64,000 bases of DNA from the NCBI GenBank assembly GCA_000388065.2, contig KB932208.1. One strand, written 5' to 3'. This stretch comes from Fonticula alba ATCC 38817. Its lineage: Eukaryota; Protista; Nucleariida. Below the pieces are notes generated by a model that saw only the letters and a program-made list of their open reading frames with translations, searched no databases and was not told where the DNA came from. The position numbers and the translations under genes were made by a program. Positions 1 to 12,946 of this stretch are shown one piece after another; position 1 is the stretch's first letter; each line of letters starts with the position of its first letter.

Positions 1-39
1 GGGGCAGGGGTAGGGGCAGATCCAAAGCCAGGGGCGCAC

Positions 40-769
40 CTTGGAGTAGAAGTGCACGACAGTCGGCACCCGCGGACCGACGCGAGCCTCGATGTGTGCC
101 ACGAAGTTGTGCTTGGTCAAGCGAGCGAGCGAGCCAAATCCGAGCCCCTCCAGGCGGCTGAGCACCCCAATTGAGGCAGGCAAATGGCCGTGTCAGTAGC
201 GGTGGCAGGGATTCCTGCCTGGGAGGGGACGCCCTCGGTGCAGGCGCAGGTGTGACGCACCTGATTGTCCGCTCGTGCTCCTTCTCGCGCTGCAGGCGAA
301 GGATGTCCTTAAACTCGTCCAGCAGATCATCGGCCAGAATGCCATCTTCCAGATCGCCGCGCAGCAGGCGATCAATCTCACAGTCATCACTATCGAGGCC
401 GGAGTCATCATCGTCAGACAGGGCGGCCGATGGGGCAGCCGAGGCTGCCCGGCGCGCCTCCTTCTCTCGGCGCCGAGCATCGGCCTTCTGCCGGGCCGCG
501 TGGCGGGCATCGGCAATGACACCCTTGACGCCGGTTTGGGGGCCGGGGCGCCGGGTGCCAGCGGCGGCGGCTGCCATGGCGGCCGGCGGCAGGCCGGCCG
601 CCTCTCCATCATCATGGTCGTGGTCCGAGTCGCCGCAGTCGCCCTCGGCGCAGTCGGAATACTCGCCGCCGCTGCTGGCACCGGAGTCGGCCCCGCGGCG
701 GTCGCCCTCGGTGTCGCGCTGCTGCGCGGCGAAGTACGACCCGTCGAGGATGCTCCGCTCAAGATCCAT
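40..769 (-). CDS. PDCL: Phosducin-like protein (PhLP1 type), 5' part; gene continues beyond the window start
   Basis: ATG at 769. Exon 261-769 reads MDLERSILDGSYF...GPQTGVKGVIADARQ (phosducin TGxKGVIxD motif). GTGCGT..CAG intron 158-260. Exon 40-157 reads SRLEGLGFGSLARLTKHNFVAHIEARVGPRVPTVVHFYSK (start of the thioredoxin-like domain), followed by a GTGCGC donor. Confidence 0.8.
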
Positions 770-1572
770 GGTGGGGTTGTGGAGGTGGGGTCGTGAAGGG
801 ATGGGAGGGGGGGAGGGGGTAGTGGTGCAGGAGGGGATACATGTGGTCCTCGGTCTTGGGCGAGGCGCGTGGGCTCGGCTCGCCTTGAGGGGACGAGCGG
901 AGTTTCTCCCCCCCCCCCCCCCCCCCCCGGAGGGGCCCATCTCGGCTCTCGGGTAGTCCATCGAGGGAAGCCCGAGCCGGGGGACAACAGCCCCCGGGTC
1001 CCGCCACGGCACTTTCAGAGGAGAGGCTCTCTCAGAAGAGCTCCCACAAAAGGCGAGAGGCGGGGAGATGGCAGCACTGTCAATAGAATTCTAGCCCCTG
1101 GACAAAGATCGCAATGGGCCGCATATCCACGTGATGCCCGCATCACGGCCTGCCTGCACCTCGACTTGTCGATCCCCCCCCCCCCGGGCTTCTCTCCGGT
1201 TGGAGGATGTGCCTTGTGCCGATCTGGGCAGCGGCCAAAAGAGGGTCCGGGGATCGGACCCAGGCATATTCTCGATCGCGCTCATCGGCCGATGTCGCTG
1301 GCGGCTGATCTGGCTTGGCCCTTCCTTAAACCGCACTTGGGCCTCCTCTCTCCATCTCTCTCCCTCTGTCGCCGAATCTTCGGGCGAGGAGGGGGGGGGG
1401 GGGGGGGGGGGGCTACGTAGATGACTAAGAGATCCCACACCTTCGACGCCAAGGCAGGCAAACATACCCCTCTCCACCTTCCCTCCTCCGAATTACCCCC
1501 CCTCCCCCCCCCCCCGCTGTTTTAGCCGCCTTTTCTTCCTCCATCTCATCCGCCCCATTTTCCGCCGGGACC

Positions 1573-4507
1573 ATGGGAGACGTTCTGCTCATCTCGGGAC
1601 CGGACAGCTGTCTTATCACCTTCTCAGATGCCCAGGCTGGTGAGGCCAACGACCGGAGTACGGATTGCCTGTCCCGTCCCTCCTCCTGCCCCTCTCTTTC
1701 CGTTTTCTTTCTCCCTTTCCCCTCTCTTTGCCCCTCCTCCGGCCACCGTCCCTCCTTTGCTGTGGCTCGCCTTCCCCGGACTCACCTTCCCTGTGGCGAA
1801 GACCCCCTTGTCGGTGTCACCGGTTTCCCGGAGTATTTCTCCATCTCGGATGTGGTCAAATCCCTCTGGCTTTTCCGGAATCACATCGTGAACGCCTGGC
1901 TCCTGATGTACCTCTACCCCGACCGGTTCCCCTTTCAAAGCGCCTCATGGGTGACTCACGCTCCGTCCTCCTCCTGCCCCCCCCCCCCCCTCCCTCCCCC
2001 CTCCGGTCCAGGTGCCATGAGGACAGTCCCGAGGGCAATGCTCTGCTGGTCCTCTTCGACCAAACTGAGCTGGCGCTGTCCTTTGTCCATGCGCTCAACA
2101 AGCGGCCCTTATGGTCACAAACGACCAGCCTCTGTCACATTCGCTTTGTCTCCGACATCGAGGTAAATGCCCTGAGCTTGCGGGACTTCCCCTCGCGGCC
2201 GGGCAAGGAGGTGATCGGCCTCCAGCATCTATCGGACTTTGCCCAGCAGGTCATCTCGCTGATGTGGCAAAATGAGTCCTACATCCAGGTATGCTCGCAC
2301 AAGTTGGCCATCCTCCTGAATGGGCCCTTGTGTCCGCAAGAAGTCTCGCCTGAGGTCTTTCCATCACTCCATTCATCTGTCCCCTCCTCCCCCCTCCTCC
2401 CCCCCCTCTCTCTCTCTCTCCCTCCCTCTGACTCCCCCCATTGGCCTGCCTCCTGCCCAGCTCTCTGGCTCCTTTTGTCTTTTCTGCTTGGACCCCATGA
2501 AGCCGGATCTTGCCGGTGGCGGTCTCTTCACGCTGCCCTGTCATCATTGTTTCCACTTCCAGTGCTTGCTGAAGTGGGACAGTCCACATTGCCCCTTGTG
2601 CCGAGAATCGGTCCTGGCGTCCGAGCGGCGATACCCGGCGCGGGATGCCGCACTCCCTGGCGACGCCCCCGGTGCCCAGACACAGGCCACCGCTCCGATT
2701 GCCATGCCCCTGGCGCCCGTACTGGCATCCACCAGCTCCCTGGATGGACTTCCACGCTCGCTACTGGCCAAGAGTGAGCATGAGGAGTCTGCAAGCACGG
2801 CAGCGGCGGCCGCAGCCATGGCAGCGGCCACCTCTGCGGGGCGCCTGCCGCCTTCCCAGCCCGAGCAGCGCTGTTTCGAGTGCCACCGCCAAGAGTCGAA
2901 CCAGGGCGGCTCCCCTCCCTCGACGCAGGCCGCCGCCTCCGCCCCCGGCCGCAAGCCCCCCCTACTGACGGATACATTGCGAGACCTGTCCGGGGAGGAT
3001 TTCTCCCCGGACTCCCTTTGGATGTGTCTCATTTGCGGGCATATCGGCTGTGGCCGGTATGCCGGCCATGGGGCGCACGCACATGCGCACTTTATCCAGA
3101 CGGGCCATCCCTTTGTTATCGACATCAGTTCCGCATCGCGGCCCGTGTGGCATTATTCCGAAGACCGATATGTCCATCGTCTGATCACCAGCGCGGCGTC
3201 CGGGAAGTGCGTCGAAGTGGAGCCACCCTCGCCGCCGTCGAGCGACGGCTCCTCGCGGGGCACACACTCGAAGGCCGCCCCGATGCCGAGTTCCCCATCC
3301 CCGGATGCCCCGTGCACCTGTTCTGCGGAGAATTATTGCCCGAAGGAGGGCCGGATAGAGCTTTGTCTGGCATGCTCAAGTCGTGTACGCCCTCTTCCCC
3401 CCCCCCCTTGTCTTTTTTGTACCTCTTCTCTCCCTCCCCTCACACCTCATGGGTGTGACATTTTCCCGCTGGCTGCGCCGGGGTAATAACATCCGGTCTT
3501 GCCCTGTCATTTGGCATTCAAGCCTCCGGAGCACTACTTTGGCGATGTCCTCCTGTCGAACCTGGATGCCTTGCATGAGTCCTACCGTCATCAAATTGAG
3601 CAGGTTCGTCACGGGCACTTATTTCCATGGATATCTCGCTCTCGCCGCCCTCCAACACCCACGTGTCTGTTTCTCGGCACTGTTCGGCGCGACTGACGCG
3701 CCGGATTGCGCACCCTCTTTGACGCGCCAGATGGAGGGCAAGTTCGTGGAAATCTTGCAGGAATCAACCGAACTGCATCTCGAGAAATTCCGCTCCATGG
3801 AGGCCTCTCTGCAGGAGGATCTGGCCCGAAGCCGAGCTCGAGAGGAGCGTCTTCGTCTGACGATCCGAGATGTGCGTGATCGCCTCCTCTGCCCTCGCTA
3901 CCACCTTGAACTTTCTCCCTCACGCGTGCGCGCGCTCACCCTGTCCCTTATTTTCTCGTTTCCCCTCGCTCCTGGCTGATGGTATCTCGGGGACCCGTGT
4001 CGGGCTTGCCTGGCGAGTAGCATGAGCAGCGCTCTCTGGCCCAGCGAGATGCCCTCAAGGAAAAGGAGCTCATGCTGACTGGCCTACTGAGCAATGCCGA
4101 GGAGAATCAGCGGAAAATTGTACGTCAAGGTCCTTCTCCCAGTCGGGAGAGGTCAGTCCTCTCGGGGAAGGTAGCTGAGGCATGGCATACGTGATAGCCA
4201 CAGTCAGTCGTACAGCTCGTTCCTGACAACATCCACCCCCCCCCCCCACACACAAAAGGCGGAGCGCGATGCTCAGATCGCCGAATTGAATGAGCAACTT
4301 CGTGACCTGATGCTCTCGCTGGACTTCTCCTCGCAACTCCAGGGACTAAGCCAGGCAGCGGCCGCCGAGGCAAACGGGGCCCCGGTTGGCGATCTGCTGG
4401 AGGGTGCCCAGATCATCCTCCGTGCGCCGGATCCACTGGCAGCTCGAGCCTCAAAGCAAAAGCCTCCCAGCTCGGCCGGTGGAGCGAAGGCGCGCCGTCG
4501 TCGGTGA
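1573..4507 (+). CDS. BRAP: BRCA1-associated protein / IMP / ETP1-like E3 ubiquitin ligase (RRM-like, RING-H2, ZnF-UBP, coiled coil), multi-exon
   Basis: RING-H2 CLFCLDPM...LPCHHCFHFQCLLKWDSPHCPLCR (exon from 2461). ZnF-UBP CFEC...LWMCLICGHIGCGRYAGHGAHAHAHFIQTGHPF...VWHYSEDRYVHRLI. C-terminal AQIAELNEQLRDLMLSLD and basic tail KARRRR, stop at 4507. Start codon and some introns are tentative. Confidence 0.9.
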
Positions 4508-6471
4508 CAGAAAAACCGGCCAGCCCGGGCCTTGGCCGGCGTCCGCCGTTGGGATCCACCTCCCGGTGTACCTGCCCCACGTACGATCGGGGCCGGGCGG
4601 CCCGAATGGGGCGAGTGCGCGAATTGGGAAACACCGATCAAGCGCATCACGCGCAAATGTCTGGTCACATGGTGCATCTAAATATAATTTAGTGTTGCTT
4701 CTTGGGCGAGCTCGGATTCTCCCTCCCCCAGGGGGCCAGGGGGCGAGGGAACGTGTAGACCACTCTTCGGGTGTGTGTATGAGTGTCTGAGGCCACTCTG
4801 GTGTGTCTGGCTCGCGGGGGAAAAGGTGCCCCCGATGCCGGGCCCAGCCCGTCCTTCCCCCCCCCCCCTCTTCGTGGCCTGCTCGTTTGCCTTTTTGCCC
4901 TCCTTGCTTTGTCTTCGGTGATCCACAAGCGGGACCGGAGGGATTTGTAAGGTTGTAGGAGCATGGGGCGAGAGAAATGGAGGGCGGCCGGGCGGCCGGG
5001 CGGCGGGGGGCCAGTCGGGGCGCGTGTTTCTTGGTGCGCCTCCTGGAGTGTGGAGAGCGGTCTCTCACATGGGCGGGGCCCGGGTGCTCATGACCTCCTT
5101 TTGCTGTGTGCCCCCGACCGGAGGATGCCGGCCTCGGGGCCCCGCCGCCCTGGCCCGCCCCCCCTCTCCTTCCAGACGCCACTGTCCCAGAGGGCTCCAA
5201 CGGGTCAGTGGGTAGTCCGGGTTGGTTTGCTGGCCCCGGCGTTCTGACTTCGGAATGGTGGCAGCAGTGGAGGCGGTGGCGGCGGAGGAGCCCATTCGCA
5301 ATGAATAGATTCAGGCCGCCTGTCTGGCGAGACGGGGCTGGGTCCGGTGGCCCGGAAAAGGCCACAAGATGCGCCTGGCGACCGGTCGCCAGGCCGAGGG
5401 TCGTGCCTTGAGGCGGGAGGGGGGAGGACGAAGCAGAGCCGTGACCGTCGTCCTGCCCCCCCCTCGAGCGAGGGATTCCGAGCCCATCCGGCAACCTGCG
5501 CGCGCGGGACGAGATCAATTAATATATTGCGAGATAGAGACCCCGGCGGCGAACAGCCACTGCAAAGTATGTGTGAAAAAGGGCCCCGGTGAAAATCAGG
5601 CAAGAGAGGAGGGAGGGGGCCGGGGTCACCCGGCCTCCTTGCCGGTGGTCCGTGCAGCGTTTGCTCAGGACGTGCTGGTGGGATTCCAGGGTTCGGGTGG
5701 TTTTGATTCTTGTTGTTTTTTTTCCCCCCGTATCCGCAAGCAAGCGGATTTTTGAATCGGTCATTTTTGTCTGAGGCTACCGAATATGTCGCTGGTGGTG
5801 CGCTGGCCTTCGCCGGCACACACGTTCGCGCGACTGCCGCTTCTTCCGCGGTCCTTTCTTCGCTCGATATTCGCACTTGGGGGAGAGAGAGAGTCACACG
5901 ATAGCGAGTTTGTCGTACGCCGGTCTTGTGTGCGGGGCGATCAGCCTTCGCCCCCCCCCCCCCCCCCCCCCGCCCGCCCACCAAGGCGGCGAGGAGCGAG
6001 GAGTGNNNNNNNNNNNNNNNNNNNNNNNNNNNNNNNNNNNNNNNNNNNNNNNNNNNNNNNNNNNNNNNNNNNNNNNNNNNNNNNNNNNNNNNNNNNNNNN
6101 GGGGGGGGGGGAAGACGAATCAGGCCCCCGAGAGAGGGCTCCCGGTTTGGACTGAAATCACCCCCCCCAGCGGCTGCGCCGCCCCCCCAGTGGTCTTCAC
6201 GCCACCACCAATCCCCCCGAATGCGCACTGTTCGCGCGCGCCCTCCCCTCTCCCTCCTCTCCTTCCCTTTCCTTCTCTCCATCCCTCCCCCCCCCCCATC
6301 GCCCCCCCATCGCCCCCTCCTCCGGTTGCCTGCCATCCGCAGCCGAGATCCCCCTCCCTGCACATTGCCCCTGCACCCCTCCTCCTCTGTTATCCCACTC
6401 TGTCCACTGCGTCTCGCCCTTGTCTGCCTCCCTCTCTTCCCCCCCCCCCCCCCCCCCCCTTCCCTTGAGTC

Positions 6472-7631
6472 ATGTACCGCTTCCAGCACAAGCAGATGCT
6501 GCAGCGCCAACTGGCTGAGGAGGAGTTTAAGCGCGAGCAGCAGCAGCAGCAGCGTCAGCAGCAGCGTCCCCTGACGTCCCCCTCGCCGACCGGCGTGCCG
6601 CCCGGCTTCAGCCCGGCACACTTTGGCACCAATGGTCCCCCCCCGAGTGGGCTCCTCTCGGATCCGCTGCACTCTCCGGGTCCCGGGTCACCGTCCCAGC
6701 ATTCGCCCTTCGGGATCCCCATTCAAGCTGGCACGTCGCCGGCCCATCCACCCTCCGGAGGAGCCTCCTCCTATGGCGGGACCTCGGCCCCGACGCCGGT
6801 CCTCTCGGCCGGCGGGGCCCCAGCCCATGTTCCCTCCTCGCCCTTTGGACCATCGCCCCTCTCCACGTCGGCCTCCTCCGGACACCTGAGCGGGTACTTT
6901 TCCGCATCGCCCCCCTTCGGCGGCGTTGGGCCTCCCGGCGCCGGTGGCCCCCCCGGTGGTCCGATTGGCATTTCACGGCACAGCGTCGGGAGCCCGTCGG
7001 CCGCGGCGGCCGCTGCCGCATATGCCCACCGCGAGATGACGCCGTTTGGCAGCGGCCAGGAGTACCTCACCGGGCCCGGGGAATATTCCTCCTCGCTTCC
7101 GCGGTCGGCCACCGCCGGGAATCTCAGCCACGAGGCAGGGCATCCGGGCATGCTGCCGGGATCCGGGCCCGGGGCCGGCGGCTACTCCGCCGCCATGGGG
7201 GTCCCCCACTCTCGGTCGAGTGGCCCCTCGCCCTACCACTCGCACCCGCACGGGTATTCGCACCACGCGCAGCCGGAACCGCACCAGGCACGGCAGCAAG
7301 TGCCCCCCTCGCAGCACCATCACCACCCCCATCACCACCATGGTGCATCTCCCTTTGGCGGAGCTGGGCCCATTCCCATCCCCTCGCCGTCCCACTCGAC
7401 CTACTCCAGCTCATACCAGGGGTCTTCGGTATCCTCGGCCGGGTCGAGCTTCCACGGGGGCGATAGCATGCCTGGCAGCGCGGCCAGCAGCCTTGGCACC
7501 AGTGTTTCCAGCATTGGTGCCAGCGGTGGGAGCTTCTCGGTCGGGTTCTTTGGTGCCAGCGCCGGGCAGGGTCCCCCTGCGGGGGCCGATCGCAGTGGCT
7601 CGGTCACCCCCTCGCCATACATGTATGACTC

Positions 7632-7662
<31 letters not shown>

Positions 7663-9636
7663 GGTGGCAATTCCTCGGCCACCATTCCGCTGTCGGCATC
7701 GGCCGGGTCCGGCTTTGGCCCGGTGCCGCAGCCCTTCTCAACGGCATCCTCGCATCAGCATCCCGGCCAGGGGGCCGTCCCGATGTCGGTCCCAAGCGGC
7801 ACTGGCTTCCCGGCCGGCGGGTATTACGGTGGCGGGGTGGCCACCTCGGCGCCCCTGCCGGCGGGTGGGTCGATGCCCGACCGCCAGGCTTCCGCCCTCC
7901 CGGCCTCCTCATTTGGCGGGGTGCTCATCAAGGCCGAGCCGGCGCACCCCGCCGATTCAAGCTCAAATGAGGAAACCGCCAGCGCTCCGATGGACTCGGC
8001 CCGGTCGACCACCGGTGCCATGGGCGACTCGTCCCCCTCATTGAATGCCTCGCCAACGCCGGAGCTGGGCACCATGTCCCCATCTGGTCCGGGCGCTGGC
8101 CCGGGATCCTCGGCCCTCAAGGGCGAAGAGGAGACCGGCGCCCCGAATGAGCGAGTTCGCCGGCGACGCGAAGTCCACAATGCTGGTACGTGCTTCGCCT
8201 TCGCCCTGTGCTCCCCCCGACTGTTGCGCCTCTTCTTGTTCCCTCGACCACTGACAGCCCCCTCTCTCCCTCTTGGTCGCCGGCATCCTCCCCCCCCCCT
8301 CCCCTTCCGGACAGTCGAGCGTCGGCGGCGTGATAACATCAATGATCGGATTGCCGATTTGTCCTTCCTGGTTCCTGACTGCCTGCCGGACCCGGCCATG
8401 GATGACTATGAGAGCTTCACCTTCCCGGCGCCCGATCGCCCCTCTATTGGTGAGGCGGCGGCTGCCGGGACATCGACGTCCGGGGGTTCTGGCAGCACGC
8501 GCGGAAGTGCCAACAAGGGCACCATTTTGCGCAAGTCTGCCGATTACATTCGCTACCTGCATGAGACCAATGACCGTCTGCGCGCGGAGGTGGCCCAACT
8601 TCGGGCCGGTGGTGCGACTTCCGGCGGCAAGTGCCCCTCTTGTGCGACTCGCGGCGGCGCCAGCCGGGCCAAGCACTCGGCCGCTCATCGCGACGACCCG
8701 GCCCCCGGGCAGCCAGCTCAGCCGGATGTCGAAATTTCCCTGATTGGAGAGGAGTCCGATTCGGGGAATGCATTTGCCACTGCCCAGGAGCAGCAGCAGC
8801 AGCAGCAGCCCCATCTCTTGGGGGCTCATCCGCAGCTCCACTCGCAGCAGCAGCAGCAGCAGCACCACAACTCGCAGCAGGGGTCAACGGCGCCCGGGCC
8901 GCACCAATTCTTCCATCAGCATGGTTCCCAAACGCAGCAGGGTCCCTATTTCCACCACTCCACGTACCCGGAGGCCCCTGGTCCGGGTGGCCCGCACCAG
9001 GACCAGGCCGCCTACTATCCCCAGCACCCGGGCTCTCACCAGCACCACCATGCACATGCCCCTCATCAATCCGAGGGCAGGCAGCTGGGTGCCCGGCTAG
9101 CCCCCGGCCCCGGGGGGGGACCCCATTCACAGCAGCAACCTCCCTCCTCGGCTGCGGGTCTGGAGGGGGACCATCACTCGGATGCGGCCGATCGCCTCAG
9201 CCAGCAGCAGGCCCAGATCATGGAGATGCAGAAGACCATGGAGCAGCTTCAGCAGCACATGGCCATGCAGCAGCAGATGCTTCTCATGGCGGCCTCTGGC
9301 TTCATGGGCGGGAACCCCCAGTCACCGGGGACCGGTGACCTATCGGCCCCGGGGCAGCAGCAGCCGCAGCCATTGACCCCCGGTGGCGGGGCAGGACCGC
9401 CGAACTTGATGCTCCAGTCGCTGGTGCAGCTGCAGCATCTGCAATTGAACAACCCAGGCGCCCTGGCACCCGGGGGCTTCATGCCGGGGCTCGGGCCGGT
9501 TCCCCCGGGGACGGCCGCCCCGGGGCCCAGCGGTGTGGGGCATCCGCCGATGGACATGGGCCCCACCTCGGGCGAGGGGGCGGTCACCTCGACACCCTCC
9601 TCTTCGGTGGTCGCCGACAGCGACATGGGTTCCTAG
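6472..9636 (+). CDS. bHLH(-ZIP) transcription factor, MiT/TFE-USF-Rtg3 group, with Q/H/P-rich low-complexity regions
   Basis: After removing the GTACGT..CAG intron at 8186-8314 the domain reads RRREVHNAVERRRRDNINDRIADLSFLVP...ANKGTILRKSADYIRYLHETNDRLRAEVAQL. An additional 5' exon could lie in the gap at 6006-6100. Confidence 0.88.
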
Positions 9637-10525
9637 TCCCTGGATGGCATGCCATTTCGGCATGGCGAGGAGACTGTCCTTGAGCGATGTATCACCCCGG
9701 CTGAGTCTCCTCCACCTTGATGCGCGCCTTGTTGTGTGTCTTTTCCTTTTCTCTCTCTCCATCACGCGGGGGCCCTGCATAACTCCCCTTTTTTTGAAGT
9801 TTCAGCCACTCAGGCACATGTGAAAGCATGTGTGCGCACGCCTGCCACACGGTTTCAGAAGAAGCGGGCAGAGGAGGGGCAGGGACATCAAGCTAGACAT
9901 CTGTGGTGCCCTATGCATCGGAGGGGGGAGGAAAAGCCGAAATCTGTGCCTCCTTGTTGCTCATCGAAAGGGAATACACAATCGAAGCACCTCCCATCCT
10001 CGTCTTTTCTGCATTTGTCCTGCTGCGGGCTTCGAGTGTGCCCAGGGCCAGGCAGCCAGGAGGCCCCGCAGGGGGAGGGGGGGGGGGAGGGACCAGGCAA
10101 AACGGTACATATGGGGGAGTCGATTTTGAGGGTATTATTGGGATGTATTCATATAAAAGCGAGGGGGAGGGGGCGCGAGCGCGGACAAGGTAAAGGTATG
10201 GCAGGGCGCGACTGCACCAACACAGTGGGGGGGGGGGGGGACGCCCGGCTGGGGAGCGGGAGGGGAGGGGCATGTGTGTTCCTCCCTGTCACTTTCTTCA
10301 CGTCCAGTGGGAAGGACGGGGGGGGGGAGGGGGAGGGATCTAAAGGGGATGTGTGTGTGTGTGTGTGGCGAGGCACGCGTGTGCTCCTTACACTGACACC
10401 CGGAGCGGTGGCTCCCCCACCTCTCATATGCGAGGAAGGTGGGATGGTGCGCATCATGCACCCCCCCTGCTCTCACCCTCCCGCAGGCGGAAGGGCGTTC
10501 TCAAGGGGCACAGGCGTGACCGGCT

Positions 10526-11885
10526 TTACTTGACGTTAAGCAGGAGGTTGGGGCCATCGCCGCCGCTGCCGTTGCCGCCACCCGGGAGGTAGGTGACATT
10601 GCGAGAGGTGGCCAGGGTGGTGGCAATCTCACGGGAGGCCTCAATACGGCGGAGCTCAATGAGACCGGTACCATGCTCGTTGATGGCGTTGGAAATGAGC
10701 TCGGCGGCCTTGGACTCACCCTCGGCGCGGATGAGGTTAGCCTCGCGCTCCTTGTCGGTCTTCTCGACGAGGTACTTGGCGCGCTCGGCCTCCTGCTGGG
10801 CGATCTGCTTAGCCTCGACGGAGTTGGTGAACTCCTTGCTGAAAGTGAGGTCGACCTGGGGGAGGGGGCGGCGGGGGCGGGGGGGGGGGAGGAGCAGGAG
10901 GAGGAAGGGGAATGAGGAAGTTAGACACCGGAGACTGTCTGGCTCGCCCTCAGAAGGAGCGGGGAGTGGGGGGAGGGGGAGAGCAAAGAAGCCCGGCCCG
11001 ATGGAGCTGGACACGCACCAGAGAGATATCATCGAAGGCAATGTGGAAGTTGCGAGCACGGTCGACAATCATGTCACGAATGGTCTTGGAGACGGTCTCA
11101 CGACGAGTGATGAGGTCGGTGGCCTCGAACTGGGCGATGACGGCCTTGAGGACCTCGTTACCGATGGAGGGCAGAATACGATCGTCGTAGTCGGTGCCGT
11201 ACTCCTTGTACAGGTTGGGCAGGCTGTCGATGATCGGGCGGTGGAGGATACGCAGGGTGACACGGACCGTCTGCATATCTGCGAGAGTCCATGGTGTAAG
11301 TGGGAGGGAGGGGGGGGGCGGGGCGCCGCTGTTGCGATGGGCCGAAGGGGAAGACCGGGAGGGAGAGACGGAGAGAGGGAGGGGGGGAGGGGGGAGAAAA
11401 CAAAAAGGAGGGCAGGAAGGGCGTACCGTTGGAACCGGTGGCGGCCTCAATACGGCGGGGGCGGGTGCGGACATCGAAGTAGATGGGGCGCTGGAGCCAG
11501 GGGATCAGGAAATGGGTGCCCTCATCGGAGACATCAGGCAGAACACCGCGAATACGGTCGAAAATGACGGCGCGATGACCGGCCTCGACTGGGCGACGGC
11601 GGCAGGGAAGATGGCGGCGTCAGTGGCCCAGGACCCGGGAGGGAGGGAGGGAGGGAGAATCAAGCAGGGGGGCGGGGCACCGGGCCAGGCCGGGCGACCT
11701 GTGGGTGCTCGCGCCCCCTGCCCGCGGGCCGTGAAGTGCCCAGCCTGGAACGCACCGTTGTACATGGACGAGGCGAAGAGGGCAGCCGAGATAGCCACAA
11801 AGAGGGTGGGCTTGATCAGGGTGAGCACATTGGAGCGGAGGGACGAGGGGGCCGACGACATGGCCGACGACATGGCGGACGACAT
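10526..11885 (-). CDS. PHB1: Prohibitin 1 (mitochondrial SPFH protein), 4 exons
   Basis: Spliced reading: ALFASSMYN|[45 protein letters not shown]...|[15 protein letters not shown]...[22 protein letters not shown]...|[30 protein letters not shown]...NVTYLP...NLLLNVK. Confidence 0.95.
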
Positions 11886-12904
11886 TATGGCGCGAGGGGC
11901 GGCAGGCGGCGCGCGAGTGGGTGTGTCTGCGAAAACGGGAAGGGGGAGGGGGAGGGGGAGGGGGAGAAGAGAGACGCAGGGTGTGTCATCCTTGGATCAA
12001 GGAGGGCCTCAGGGGCGCAGGCTCATCAAGATGGGCGCCTGGCTAAAGGGCGCACAAGGGCGGGGGGCCGGGGGGGGGGGGGAGACGCATGCGGCATCGG
12101 ATGAGGGGGCCTGTCCCCGGGGCCTGGAACGTGCCTCTGCCGGTGGGACAATCGCATCCACCGCGCCTTTCTCGCCGCTTTCACTTCCTCGCCTGNNNNN
12201 NNNNNNNNNNNNNNNNNNNNNNNNNNNNNNNNNNNNNNNNNNNNNNNNNNNNNNNNNNNNNNNNNNNNNNNNNNNNNNNNNNNNNNNNNNNNNNNNNNNN
12301 NNNNNNNNNNNNNNNNNNNNNNNNNNNNNNNNNNNNNNNNNNNNNNNNNNNNNNNNNNNNNNNNNNNCACCGGGCCGCGGGTCTTCGACCGAGGACCAGA
12401 CGGCTGGGCCCATCGTGTCTGGGCGAATGTGGCCAGTTCCTTCCTGACTGGGCCAAGAGGGGACAAGGAGGGGGGGGGGGGGGGGGGGGGGATAGGCCAA
12501 TTACCTAAACGCACGGATGGACAACAGGAGGGCGGGCGAGGGACAGGCTGATCTGGCCCACGCACCGGGACCCCCCGGTGGGGAGGAGGCCGAACCCCGG
12601 CCAGGCGCTCGCGTGTGGTCCCAGTGGCCGAAGGCCGGGGTGCTGGTGGCCTGGCGCAGCCTACCTCCAATTGTCGCAGGACCGAAATGCCCTGGAGATC
12701 CCCGCGCCACTTAAACCCTCCTCTCACAAGCGTCCCACGCACCGTGCGGTGTGGGTGTGGATCACATGTCTATCGGATGATCCTGCGGAACGGTGTTAGG
12801 GCGATCCGCCTGATCGCGACTAGGGCGGGGGCGCATGTCTCCCAGGTGGGGCCAGCCTTTTCTAGCGCTCGACATCAGCGCACATACACGCACACGCCCA
12901 CACC

Positions 12905-12942
<38 letters not shown>
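12905..12942 (+). repeat. (CA)n microsatellite
   Basis: Direct reading. Confidence 0.9.

Positions 12943-12946
<4 letters not shown>

Noticed and set aside
1128-1133. CACGTG E-boxes (also at about 21117, 39976 and 59446) as bHLH targets
   Set aside because: A 6-mer at this composition is expected many times in 64 kb, and there is no positional pattern.
1403-1409. TGACTAA Yap-response-like element in the PDCL/BRAP divergent promoter
   Set aside because: A single 7-mer far from the PCS/bZIP pair; not distinguishable from chance.
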